A stretch of DNA of 64,000 nucleotides from contig JABCTJ010000008.1 of assembly GCA_018238375.1 (NCBI GenBank), forward strand, positions 5-64,004, written 5' to 3'. Position numbers and translations under genes: made by a program. This document shows positions 35,482 through 44,182 of the stretch, in pieces. The notes under the pieces are model-generated. The model made no database searches. It worked only from the letters and a program-made list of their open reading frames with translations, and was not told the origin of the DNA. Position 1 is the stretch's first letter. Each line of letters opens with the position of its first letter. This stretch comes from Candidatus Thorarchaeota archaeon (GTDB lineage: Archaea; Asgardarchaeota; Thorarchaeia; Thorarchaeales; Thorarchaeaceae).

Positions 35482-36699
35482 ATGCCAATCAATCCGGACG
35501 ATGTGAAGAAGGAATTTGGCATCTATGATGACAATCCGGACCTTGCCTATTTCGATTCAGCAAGCACAACATTGGTTCCAAAGACTGCCATAGATGCGAT
35601 GACCACATTTCTAACGTCAACAGTGGTGTCTTCGCGACGTGGAGCCTATAAACTAGCAGTCAAAGGAAGCGCCATCGTTGAAGACGTTCGCGCAAAGCTA
35701 GCTGCATTCTTGAACACTGACAAGGCACAAATTTCCTTTCAGAAGTCAATTCCGTCAGCCGTTGCTTCTCTTGTGTACGGCTATGATTGGAAAAAGGAAC
35801 AACGAAACAAGATTATCATCTCTCAGAGTGAGGAACATTCAGTACTAGTTGCGCTCCTGCGAGCAGCCCAGATTCTCAATCTTCAGGTCGAAACAATCCC
35901 CGTAGACAAGAACGGTACTATAAGCTTGGAAACGCTTAAGGACACAATCGATGAGAAGACGGGAATTGTCGCAGTTGGTCATGTGACTGTTGGCATCGGT
36001 GTGTTCAACCCAATTGAAGAAGTCGCAAGAATTGCCCACGAAAACGAATCCTTACTCCTGACTGATATCTCGCGCTCTGTTGCGTTCCTTGATACGCCAC
36101 CTACTTCACTAAAGGCGGACATTCTGCTATTCTCAGGCAATATTGGGTTAATGGGTCCTCCAGGTCTCTCAGTACAATGGATCACGAAGACACTAGGCAC
36201 CAAACATATTCCAGGAATCGTAGGAGGATCTTCAGTGGCAAACGTAAAGAAAACCTCATTCGAGTCTTCATTTCAGCCTGACAAGTTCGAATCCGGAACA
36301 ATCAATATTCCTGCTATTACTGGCTTGGGAGCAGCAATCGATTATCTATCCCATCTCCATCAAAATGACTTCCATAGTCACATGAGGAAAATTTCCCGTC
36401 ATATGACTGATCAACTGAATGACATGAAATGTTTGACTGTATATGGTACACCAAACGATAGAAACACCATCTTTGGATTCAACCTAGGAAGCGACAGCAG
36501 CATGAGCTGTCATGATGTCGCTCTCTTTCTGAACGAGTCCAATATAGCTGTAAGAAGTGGACTTGTCTGTGCCCATCCCTTAATCAGACCCTTATCTTCG
36601 GAAGGAGTTGTACAAGCCTCCTTGCATGTCTACAATTCTCTTGAGGAAATCAATCGTCTGATGGACGGTCTCCGTTTGATATGCAATCATTTACTCTGA
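35482..36699 (+). CDS. Class-V aminotransferase / cysteine-desulfurase-like protein lacking the PLP lysine
   Basis: 405 aa. YFDSASTTLVP, FSGNIGLMGPPG in place of FSGHKxxGPxG, ESGTINIPAITGLGAAIDYL and RSGLVCAHPL (Cys retained). Confidence 0.7.
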   Translation: MPINPDDVKKEFGIYDDNPDLAYFDSASTTLVPKTAIDAMTTFLTSTVVSSRRGAYKLAVKGSAIVEDVRAKLAAFLNTDKAQISFQKSIPSAVASLVYGYDWKKEQRNKIIISQSEEHSVLVALLRAAQILNLQVETIPVDKNGTISLETLKDTIDEKTGIVAVGHVTVGIGVFNPIEEVARIAHENESLLLTDISRSVAFLDTPPTSLKADILLFSGNIGLMGPPGLSVQWITKTLGTKHIPGIVGGSSVANVKKTSFESSFQPDKFESGTINIPAITGLGAAIDYLSHLHQNDFHSHMRKISRHMTDQLNDMKCLTVYGTPNDRNTIFGFNLGSDSSMSCHDVALFLNESNIAVRSGLVCAHPLIRPLSSEGVVQASLHVYNSLEEINRLMDGLRLICNHLL

Positions 36700-36719
36700 T
36701 GTGAATTAAACGCATTTCA

Positions 36720-36989
36720 CTAACCGAGACTGAACACTGGAGGATACATAACGAAGTACTGAATTACGACTGCTAAAAGTATGCCACTAAACACTAGTCC
36801 CTTACCTCTCTTCATATTGGCTTCTGTAAACCATAGTATCGCTCCGATGAGCACAATAATGCTTGCCGAAACCCGGCCAATAAAAATCAAAAAGTCCCAT
36901 ATCTCACCAAAATACCCTGCAATGAGAACCGCGAAATCAGTAAGTGGGCTTAGCAATTCGAAGAACATTAGCTTCTCACAGTAATCCAC
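36720..36989 (-). CDS. Small membrane protein (89 aa)
   Basis: Three hydrophobic segments; no family recognised. Confidence 0.4.
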   Translation of the reverse strand: MDYCEKLMFFELLSPLTDFAVLIAGYFGEIWDFLIFIGRVSASIIVLIGAILWFTEANMKRGKGLVFSGILLAVVIQYFVMYPPVFSLG

Positions 36990-37013
36990 TCATCAATGAG
37001 GGATTTAAGGTCC

Positions 37014-38837
37014 TCAAAGCACAGTAACCGACTTGGCAAGGTTTCGAGGCTTGTCAGGATCGTATCCATTTCTTGTCGCCATGTAGTAACTAAAGAGTTG
37101 CAAAGGAACTACATACACCATTGTTGAGAACTCCGGCTCAACTCCCGCGGGAACCGTGAATATATGGTCTGACAAGCTATCCAAGTCAATATCGCCTTCC
37201 TCGATGACAGAAATAATGGATGCCCCTCTTGCCTTCATCTCCATAATGTTTCCAATTATGGTACTTCTGGTTCCATCATTGGGCACCACGAATATGACCG
37301 GATAGTCGCTCTGAACAAGGGCGATTGGCCCGTGTTTGGATTCGCCTGCAGAGTATCCCTCCGCATGATTATACGCAATCTCCTTGAGCTTAAGGGCTCC
37401 TTCGTACGCTGTGGCCATAGAAACCCCTCGTCCTAAGAACAGAAGACTTGGTCTGTCATAGAGAATGCCAGCTAATCGTCTTGCTCGCTCTTCTTGTGTT
37501 GAGATAACATTTGAAACTATCTCGGGAAGTCCTTGCAAGGATTGACGCTTTCTCTCTATCTCTTTGGAATCCATGAAACCCGTAAGTTCTCCTAGAGCCA
37601 GTGCAATCTGAGCAAGCGAAGTGAGCTGGACCATGAATGTCTTCGTAGCAGCCACGCCAATCTCAGGCCCTGCTTGTGTGATAACGGTATAATCGGCCAT
37701 TCTCGTGATGGAACTACCTACTACATTCGTTATTGCAAGCACCTTGACACCAAATTTCTGCGCGTACTTGACAGCTGTAATCGTGTCAGTTGTTTCCCCT
37801 GACTGTGTGATTGCAACTATGCAATCATCTTTGGATAAGGCACCATAGACTGTGTTCGGGAAATCACTAGCCAGTTCAAAGGTCGGAAGGATTCCAGCGA
37901 TTGATGCAAACATGTGACGTGATGCCATTGCGGCATGTCCAGATGTTCCCATTGCAAGCAGATAGACTCGTCGTGCATCGTGTATGAGCTTGGCAGCACC
38001 CTCAATTAGTTCCGGTTTCAATCGAAGTGTATTCCTTATCGCATCGGGCTGTTCATGTATTTCTTTCAACATGAAATGCGGAAACCCACTCTTCTGCGCT
38101 TGATCTGCTGTCCAGCTTATTTTGATTGTTTCTCGATTCACAAGCATGTTATCGTTGAGTTTCCTGATTTCAATACCATCCACAGATAATGTAGCTATCT
38201 CACCATCTAGCAGGAGAATCATGTTGCTAGTCATCGGCAGGAATGCTGGAATATCCGAGGAAACATACGATACACCATCTTCCCTTCCAAGGACAAGCGG
38301 ATTTCCATTGCGTGTGCATACAATCGTTTTGGGTTCCTTTGTTGATATAGCTACTATGGCATAAGTACCCCCAATCTGCTTTGTGACCTCTTTGAGAGCA
38401 GTCGCAAGGTCCATCCCCTTTTTCATATGCTCCTCAATCAAATGTGGAATTATTTCCGTATCTGTTTCAGATTTGAACTTGTGACCTCTTGAATGCAAGT
38501 CTGTTCTTAGTTGAAGGAAATTATCTATTACTCCATTATGTATTACAGCTATTTCGTTCTTGCAGTCAAAATGTGGATGCGAATTCTTGAGCGACGGAAT
38601 ACCATGCGTTGCCCAGCGAGTGTGACCTATTCCAATGGATCCTGGCATGTCATCAAGGTTCAGGCTCCTATGAACATCATCGACCTTGCCTTTGTCCTTC
38701 TTTGTGTGCAGGTGATTGTCTGCAATCGTAGTAATGCCTACGGAATCATAACCCCTATACTCAAGACGTTTCAGGGCTTGATGAAGAAATGAGGCAACCT
38801 CGCCTCGCCCTTGAATGACACCGATTATTCCGCACAT
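37014..38837 (-). CDS. glmS: Glutamine--fructose-6-phosphate aminotransferase
   Basis: 607 aa. An N-terminal MCGIIGV (Ntn Cys), two SIS domains and a C-terminal ..NLAKSVTV. Confidence 0.93.
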   Translation of the reverse strand: MCGIIGVIQGRGEVASFLHQALKRLEYRGYDSVGITTIADNHLHTKKDKGKVDDVHRSLNLDDMPGSIGIGHTRWATHGIPSLKNSHPHFDCKNEIAVIHNGVIDNFLQLRTDLHSRGHKFKSETDTEIIPHLIEEHMKKGMDLATALKEVTKQIGGTYAIVAISTKEPKTIVCTRNGNPLVLGREDGVSYVSSDIPAFLPMTSNMILLLDGEIATLSVDGIEIRKLNDNMLVNRETIKISWTADQAQKSGFPHFMLKEIHEQPDAIRNTLRLKPELIEGAAKLIHDARRVYLLAMGTSGHAAMASRHMFASIAGILPTFELASDFPNTVYGALSKDDCIVAITQSGETTDTITAVKYAQKFGVKVLAITNVVGSSITRMADYTVITQAGPEIGVAATKTFMVQLTSLAQIALALGELTGFMDSKEIERKRQSLQGLPEIVSNVISTQEERARRLAGILYDRPSLLFLGRGVSMATAYEGALKLKEIAYNHAEGYSAGESKHGPIALVQSDYPVIFVVPNDGTRSTIIGNIMEMKARGASIISVIEEGDIDLDSLSDHIFTVPAGVEPEFSTMVYVVPLQLFSYYMATRNGYDPDKPRNLAKSVTVL

Positions 38838-38922
38838 CTCAAAGATGCCCCACGAAACTGCTGTAACTGACCTTACTTACACTAACTTGAAAGAGCTTGT
38901 GAAAGAGATAAATGTTGACCAA

Positions 38923-39234
38923 TTAGCCAGTTAGCTCAATCTCGATGTATACCGAGTCTGGAATTCTCACACGCATTATCTGGCGTATTGCACGTTCATC
39001 CGCATCAATATCTATTAGACGTTTGTGAACTCTCATTTCCCATTTATCCCACGATTCAGTGCCTTGACCACATGGGGTCTTGCGAGTAGGTACTACCATT
39101 CGTCGGGTTGGCAGCGGAATAGGCCCCGCCATTCGGACGCCTGTTTTGCGTGTTATACGCTTAATTTGATTGCAAACACCATCAAGGTCTTCTGTACTTG
39201 TGCTTGATAGTCGAATTCTGGCTTTCTGAGTCAT
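38923..39234 (-). CDS. rps10: 30S ribosomal protein S10 (uS10)
   Basis: 103 aa. [15 protein letters not shown]...GPIPLPT...HKRLIDI. Confidence 0.9.
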   Translation of the reverse strand: MTQKARIRLSSTSTEDLDGVCNQIKRITRKTGVRMAGPIPLPTRRMVVPTRKTPCGQGTESWDKWEMRVHKRLIDIDADERAIRQIMRVRIPDSVYIEIELTG

Positions 39235-39423
39235 TTGGAATTACAGCTCCACTTGGTAAGGCATCCAAGGCAACCGTCTTGCATCCTGATAAAAAGATTG
39301 TCTTGTGGGGCGCGTCATGAAGGTATGCAGCTGCTCCTAGACGAATAGCAGTATTTTGGCCAGCTTTGTCCAAAATCCAATGGACGGTATATCAATAAGC
39401 ACGCAATTCCCCTCCGAACCTAA

Positions 39424-40227
39424 GTGTTGCATTTGAAATCTCTTACACTTGTGAAACTAGGCGGTTCAGTAATAACTCAGAAAAAACTCTCTCCGCCTAC
39501 TGTCAACGAGATGGCAATTAATCGTATTGCCAAAGAGATCCGAGCTCACAAAGGACCTTTAATTGTCGTTCTCGGAGGGGGTGCACATGGTCACCAAGCT
39601 GCACACGCTTATGGATTTGGAGATTCATCTACTCCACCAGCGCAACTTCTTGCAGGCATCCCATCGATACGGCACAATATGACGCTGCTATCACTTGAGG
39701 TTGAACAAGCGCTAAACGCCCATGGCATCCCATCTGTTGTAATTCCGCCTTTTTCTTCAGTTAGCATGCACGATGGCGTGATATCGAGCTTTCCAATAGA
39801 CATAATCAAAGGGGCTCTTGAGGCGCGCTGTGCAGTCATCATCCACGGCGATGTGTGCCTTGACGATATTAAAGGGGCATCCATTCTTAGCGGCGATACT
39901 ATTTCGGTCTACCTAGCAAAAGCATTGGATATCCAAAGAGTATTCATCGGCACAGATGTAGATGGCATCTTCGAAGAAGATCCCCGTATCAACCCGAATG
40001 CCACACTCGTATCTGTGATTGACAGTTCTAACAAGGACTCTGTCCTCGCAGGTGCAGGGACTTCCGCAGCCATAGATGTCACAGGAGGCATGACACAGAA
40101 GACACAGGAGCTTCTTGAGCTAGCCAATCAGACAACTCAGGTTGCAATCTTCAACCTCACGGTTCCAGGACGTCTAACCTCTCTTCTCGAAGGCAAATCA
40201 ACTATTTGTACCAGAATCGAATTCTAA
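39424..40227 (+). CDS. Isopentenyl phosphate kinase (amino-acid-kinase fold)
   Basis: 267 aa with a GTG start. LVKLGGSVIT, VVLGGGAHGH and GTDVDGIF. Confidence 0.8.
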   Translation: MLHLKSLTLVKLGGSVITQKKLSPPTVNEMAINRIAKEIRAHKGPLIVVLGGGAHGHQAAHAYGFGDSSTPPAQLLAGIPSIRHNMTLLSLEVEQALNAHGIPSVVIPPFSSVSMHDGVISSFPIDIIKGALEARCAVIIHGDVCLDDIKGASILSGDTISVYLAKALDIQRVFIGTDVDGIFEEDPRINPNATLVSVIDSSNKDSVLAGAGTSAAIDVTGGMTQKTQELLELANQTTQVAIFNLTVPGRLTSLLEGKSTICTRIEF

Positions 40228-40231
40228 AACA

Positions 40232-43200
40232 CTAAATCAGCATTTCTGCAATCGCGTCGTCCATCGTCTTCATGGTTAAATTCGCTGGAACTATAGCACT
40301 ATCATCAAGATATTCAGCTGCTGTTAGGAGACAGATCACTTGAGTTGACCCACAAATCCGGCATGCCAAATCACTATGAAGATTAAGAAGTGTGTTAAGC
40401 TGTTGCTGAGTCGGAAATACAACATAGGATTTCTTACCAACGCAGAAATCGTAGTATTCATGGCCCAGAGAAACAGGCCCATTCTGCTTCCCAATCTCTC
40501 CAATTAGCAGATTGATTGCTCTTTCCTTGAGATTTCCCAGTACTGCTGAATTTACAATCCAGAGGTCTTTTTCAAAATCGGTGTATCGCTTCTTACCCCC
40601 CACACGCAATGCCACAAGTACTTCGTCAGCAAGGAGTTCTGTGAGAGCACGTTTGCCTTCCTCGACACTCATGGGAGCTGATCTCCCTTTGAGCGACTGC
40701 AATGCGGTAGTTTCGATGAATTCTAGAAGGGCATCCCACGCAACATGTCCATCCGACAGACCAACGAAATCTTCGATTAGACCAAACCAGAGGCGCATTT
40801 GGACTGCACGACTCGTAGCTGAACCGACTTCATGCACAGCTCCCCTCAAATCAATTTTTTCTGATTCGGAGAAGCTAACAACTGCACTTGGCTGCTCTTC
40901 AACTATTTCGTTTCGATGGGACCTTCCGTGGACAAGTTCATCCACCACATTGTTTATTGAGCTGGGAAATGCTGAGATTACAGTCACATCATCAAATGCC
41001 TCCGACCGGTTAATGAGTTCTCTTAGCTTAGCTGCGGCGATGCTTCCTCTCACCACTACCACCAATTTGTTGATGTTATTCCCGAGCTCACTCATACATG
41101 CTCCAATCCGTTCCAGAACCAATTCAATGGAAGATGCTTTCAGATGGTTTGGCAAGATGAGTATAGCATGATTGCCCACAATCAACTGTGCCCCATTTGA
41201 TTCTAGCTTCTGATATTCAAAGTTATGAACTGAGTTCAAACGTTGAATTATGTAGTCCATAATAACGTCCTTAACAGCTTCTAATTCTCTGCCTGGCAGT
41301 GTAAATACGAAACCTCCGGGGACAAGTGAAAGTGCTTCGCGTGCAATAGTTCCCAGAGATACAAAGTCCCGGATTATCTCAGCAATATCGTTTTCAGCAA
41401 ATTGTGAATCCAGAGTCATCAATATGCTCCTTATCTCAATTTCAGTGGCCATATCTCTGGATGCAAGAAAGGCAACCACATGGTTCGCCAGCTCACCCAA
41501 CCGATCAAACACTACACACTCGGGTTCAGTAATAGTGCGCGTTTCGTGTATGACTGCACCATTTCCAGTTTTCTCACAGTCTTGAGTAACCGTTTCTTTA
41601 ACATCTTGTCCTGAGGTTTCAGACATGGGTCCAAACAGCTTGGTTGCAATCTCGAAAGTACTAGAACTCGGAATATGAATGAGGGCTCTGCCACACTTCA
41701 GTGACTTAAGATATTCCTCTTGTTCAGCATTGAGGGCCATATACCGCGCCCCAACTGAGCTGTCGTAAGGCAGACGAAATGTAATCTTGGTTGCAGTATT
41801 GGCCAAAATATTCGAGGAGATGTTTGGCCTTGTTGACACAACAATGACTCCTTGTCCAGTGGCCCTTTGAAGCATAACCATTGACTCGCCAGTGGTGACA
41901 TCTGCTGCAGAATGCCTTGTATAGCTTTCAGGCACCAAATTACTTGCTTCTTCAAGAACCACTACGTGATGCAGTCCAGGCTTTATTCCTCGCCTCATCG
42001 CACTATCGAATATTCTCTTGGCAACAAGATTGTAGAGGATCCGGACAGCATCCATTCCTCCTACCCGTGCAACGTGGCGCATGTCGAATACCACACGCTT
42101 GTTCAACAGAGTAGAAATCTTGAGTGCTTTTGCTCCCCCCTTTAGTATGGATCCGAGGGGCTCACGTGACAATATTTCAAGACGGTTTAGAAGCGCATCC
42201 CTAGTCATGTTTCCAAAGCGATCATTACCAGTCAGTTTCGAGATAATCTGGTTGAGGGCCTGGACTGACTTTGTTTTACGTTTTAATTTCGCTAACTCCA
42301 CCACTGATTCTCGTAAGAGCTTCTCCATGGCAGGCGAAAGTTCAGATGACAGACCTCTTTCATTTATGAGCTCCCTTAGAATCGTAAACGTTGCATGTGC
42401 ATCTATCTCACCTGAATCCGTTTCAGTGTCTAACAAATCCATCACGAAGGAGGCATCTTCTCCCGGACTGAGTATGAGAATGCTGGAATCCCATCCTGCA
42501 AGGTCCGCATATTCAGATCCCTTAATATCAAATATCCACCAAGGAACGTTAGTCTTCAAGCTCAGTTCAAGCATCAATTTTTTCACAAGATTTGTCTTGC
42601 CCGTGCCAGTGGCACCAAGAACTGCAACATGTTCTCTTAGCCACTCCGGTTTAATCCCGATATCACTAATGCGTCGCCCCCCATAGATTGTCTTTCCAAT
42701 AATCAGATCATTTTCTATCAGCTCTCTCAGCGGAACTGGAAAGACTGGAGCCATGGTCACTGCAATTACAGGAAGCTGTTGTACAGGGGTGTTCACGTAA
42801 CCCACTAAGGAACTTACATGGATTTTTTGACGTTTGAGATGTCGTCTAGTGAGAAGTCTACATGCAGTTCTACCTCGAATTCTTCCTTTCTTCAGGGAGA
42901 TGTTTTCCTCCCCACCCCAAATCGAGGCGACAAGACCGTTTACACCATTCGTTACCCTTTCAAGTTCAGCAGCATCTCTTGCTTTAGCATGAACATATAC
43001 AGAGTTGTAAAACCAGCCTGAATCACCTTGTATTCTCTCATGTTGGTCTAAAAGCTTCCTCTTGGTGGCATGATCAGCCAAGGATTCCTCATTCCTCAAC
43101 TCCTTTGCGCGAATGTTTTTCCATTCTCCTTCCATTCTCCTCCTCTCTCTGCCTGCTTTTGCACTTGAGAATACACACGTAAGCGTGACAGAATATCCCT

Positions 43201-43963
43201 GTTTGATTGCAGTAGAGATGAATGTACCAACCTGTGATGCATCAATCGAAGGCGCCACTCGGGGGATTCCCGAAACAAATGTGAGTGACTGATGCATCCC
43301 GTCACCATGAGCCAATGCTGAGGGTTCTTTCAACGAGTCTATGTGATGTACTATTTCAACTGCCCCCCTCAGCTTATCTTCTCCTAGCTGATGCACTTCA
43401 ACCCCGTTTAAAGAAGCTAGAAGAATAGCTTCTGTTCGTGTGGCTTCTCGCCTCAGAATTTCTTTCATCTCAGCTAGATTCTTTCCAGATACTGTAATGA
43501 ATAACCGCAGGAATGGTTCCCCTCTCTCCACTCCCACCTCATATGCTATGGAAACTCTACTATCCAATCCTGCACGTAGTGCCAAAAGCATGGCTGTATT
43601 ATACCTAGGCTTTTTGCCCGGATCAACAACAATCGAGCTTGGCACAGAAGCAAGTTCCAGAACGCAAGTCACAATAACATGCCCATCCAGCTGAATAACA
43701 AGAAATTGCTCATCGATAAAAACCGACAATTTATCATTGCGAATTCTCTCACTGGTTAACAACCCACCTGACAGTACTGGTAGTGCACAAACAACAATCT
43801 CGACAGTCAGTTTTAGAGGCACAGGTGGCTGTTGGATAAGACCAACAAGAGGTAACAAGTACACGAATGTCATGTAGAGGCCGCAAACAATCGTTCCACC
43901 TATCCACATTGCTCTGACCAAAGCCCATGGTCCTAGATACGTGCGACTGGATACCAGTATCAC
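40232..43963 (-). CDS. Membrane-anchored HerA/VirB4/FtsK-superfamily ATPase with a large uncharacterised C-terminal extension (1243 aa)
   Basis: Three N-terminal hydrophobic helices, then Walker A HVAVLGATGTGKTNLVKKLM at about residue 450 and Walker B HHVVVLEEASNLVP. About 460 further residues have no recognised motif. Confidence 0.65.
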   Translation of the reverse strand: MILVSSRTYLGPWALVRAMWIGGTIVCGLYMTFVYLLPLVGLIQQPPVPLKLTVEIVVCALPVLSGGLLTSERIRNDKLSVFIDEQFLVIQLDGHVIVTCVLELASVPSSIVVDPGKKPRYNTAMLLALRAGLDSRVSIAYEVGVERGEPFLRLFITVSGKNLAEMKEILRREATRTEAILLASLNGVEVHQLGEDKLRGAVEIVHHIDSLKEPSALAHGDGMHQSLTFVSGIPRVAPSIDASQVGTFISTAIKQGYSVTLTCVFSSAKAGRERRRMEGEWKNIRAKELRNEESLADHATKRKLLDQHERIQGDSGWFYNSVYVHAKARDAAELERVTNGVNGLVASIWGGEENISLKKGRIRGRTACRLLTRRHLKRQKIHVSSLVGYVNTPVQQLPVIAVTMAPVFPVPLRELIENDLIIGKTIYGGRRISDIGIKPEWLREHVAVLGATGTGKTNLVKKLMLELSLKTNVPWWIFDIKGSEYADLAGWDSSILILSPGEDASFVMDLLDTETDSGEIDAHATFTILRELINERGLSSELSPAMEKLLRESVVELAKLKRKTKSVQALNQIISKLTGNDRFGNMTRDALLNRLEILSREPLGSILKGGAKALKISTLLNKRVVFDMRHVARVGGMDAVRILYNLVAKRIFDSAMRRGIKPGLHHVVVLEEASNLVPESYTRHSAADVTTGESMVMLQRATGQGVIVVSTRPNISSNILANTATKITFRLPYDSSVGARYMALNAEQEEYLKSLKCGRALIHIPSSSTFEIATKLFGPMSETSGQDVKETVTQDCEKTGNGAVIHETRTITEPECVVFDRLGELANHVVAFLASRDMATEIEIRSILMTLDSQFAENDIAEIIRDFVSLGTIAREALSLVPGGFVFTLPGRELEAVKDVIMDYIIQRLNSVHNFEYQKLESNGAQLIVGNHAILILPNHLKASSIELVLERIGACMSELGNNINKLVVVVRGSIAAAKLRELINRSEAFDDVTVISAFPSSINNVVDELVHGRSHRNEIVEEQPSAVVSFSESEKIDLRGAVHEVGSATSRAVQMRLWFGLIEDFVGLSDGHVAWDALLEFIETTALQSLKGRSAPMSVEEGKRALTELLADEVLVALRVGGKKRYTDFEKDLWIVNSAVLGNLKERAINLLIGEIGKQNGPVSLGHEYYDFCVGKKSYVVFPTQQQLNTLLNLHSDLACRICGSTQVICLLTAAEYLDDSAIVPANLTMKTMDDAIAEMLI

Positions 43964-44011
43964 TTTCTCATCTCTCTTCGTTATATTCTAGGCCGTGTGT
44001 TAGGGTGGATT

Positions 44012-44028
44012 TCATCCATTGTGGATGA
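44012..44028. promoter_or_regulatory. Perfect inverted repeat TCATCCA-TTG-TGGATGA in a divergent promoter region
   Basis: Read directly from the sequence. It is nested in a longer imperfect palindrome (GTGTT...AACAC) between the ATPase gene and the surface-protein gene. Confidence 0.5.
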
Positions 44029-44182
44029 CAACACCCAATTTCTTTAGCATAGATATACGACCAGTTCATGGTTTCAGATTTCTCCATAAGAACTCCCCTC
44101 AGTTATCCTACAATCTGGCTCACTGAGAAACAACACAGAAACGGTAGGAGGTTAATAGCCCCAGTTCACGATTCACATTAGA

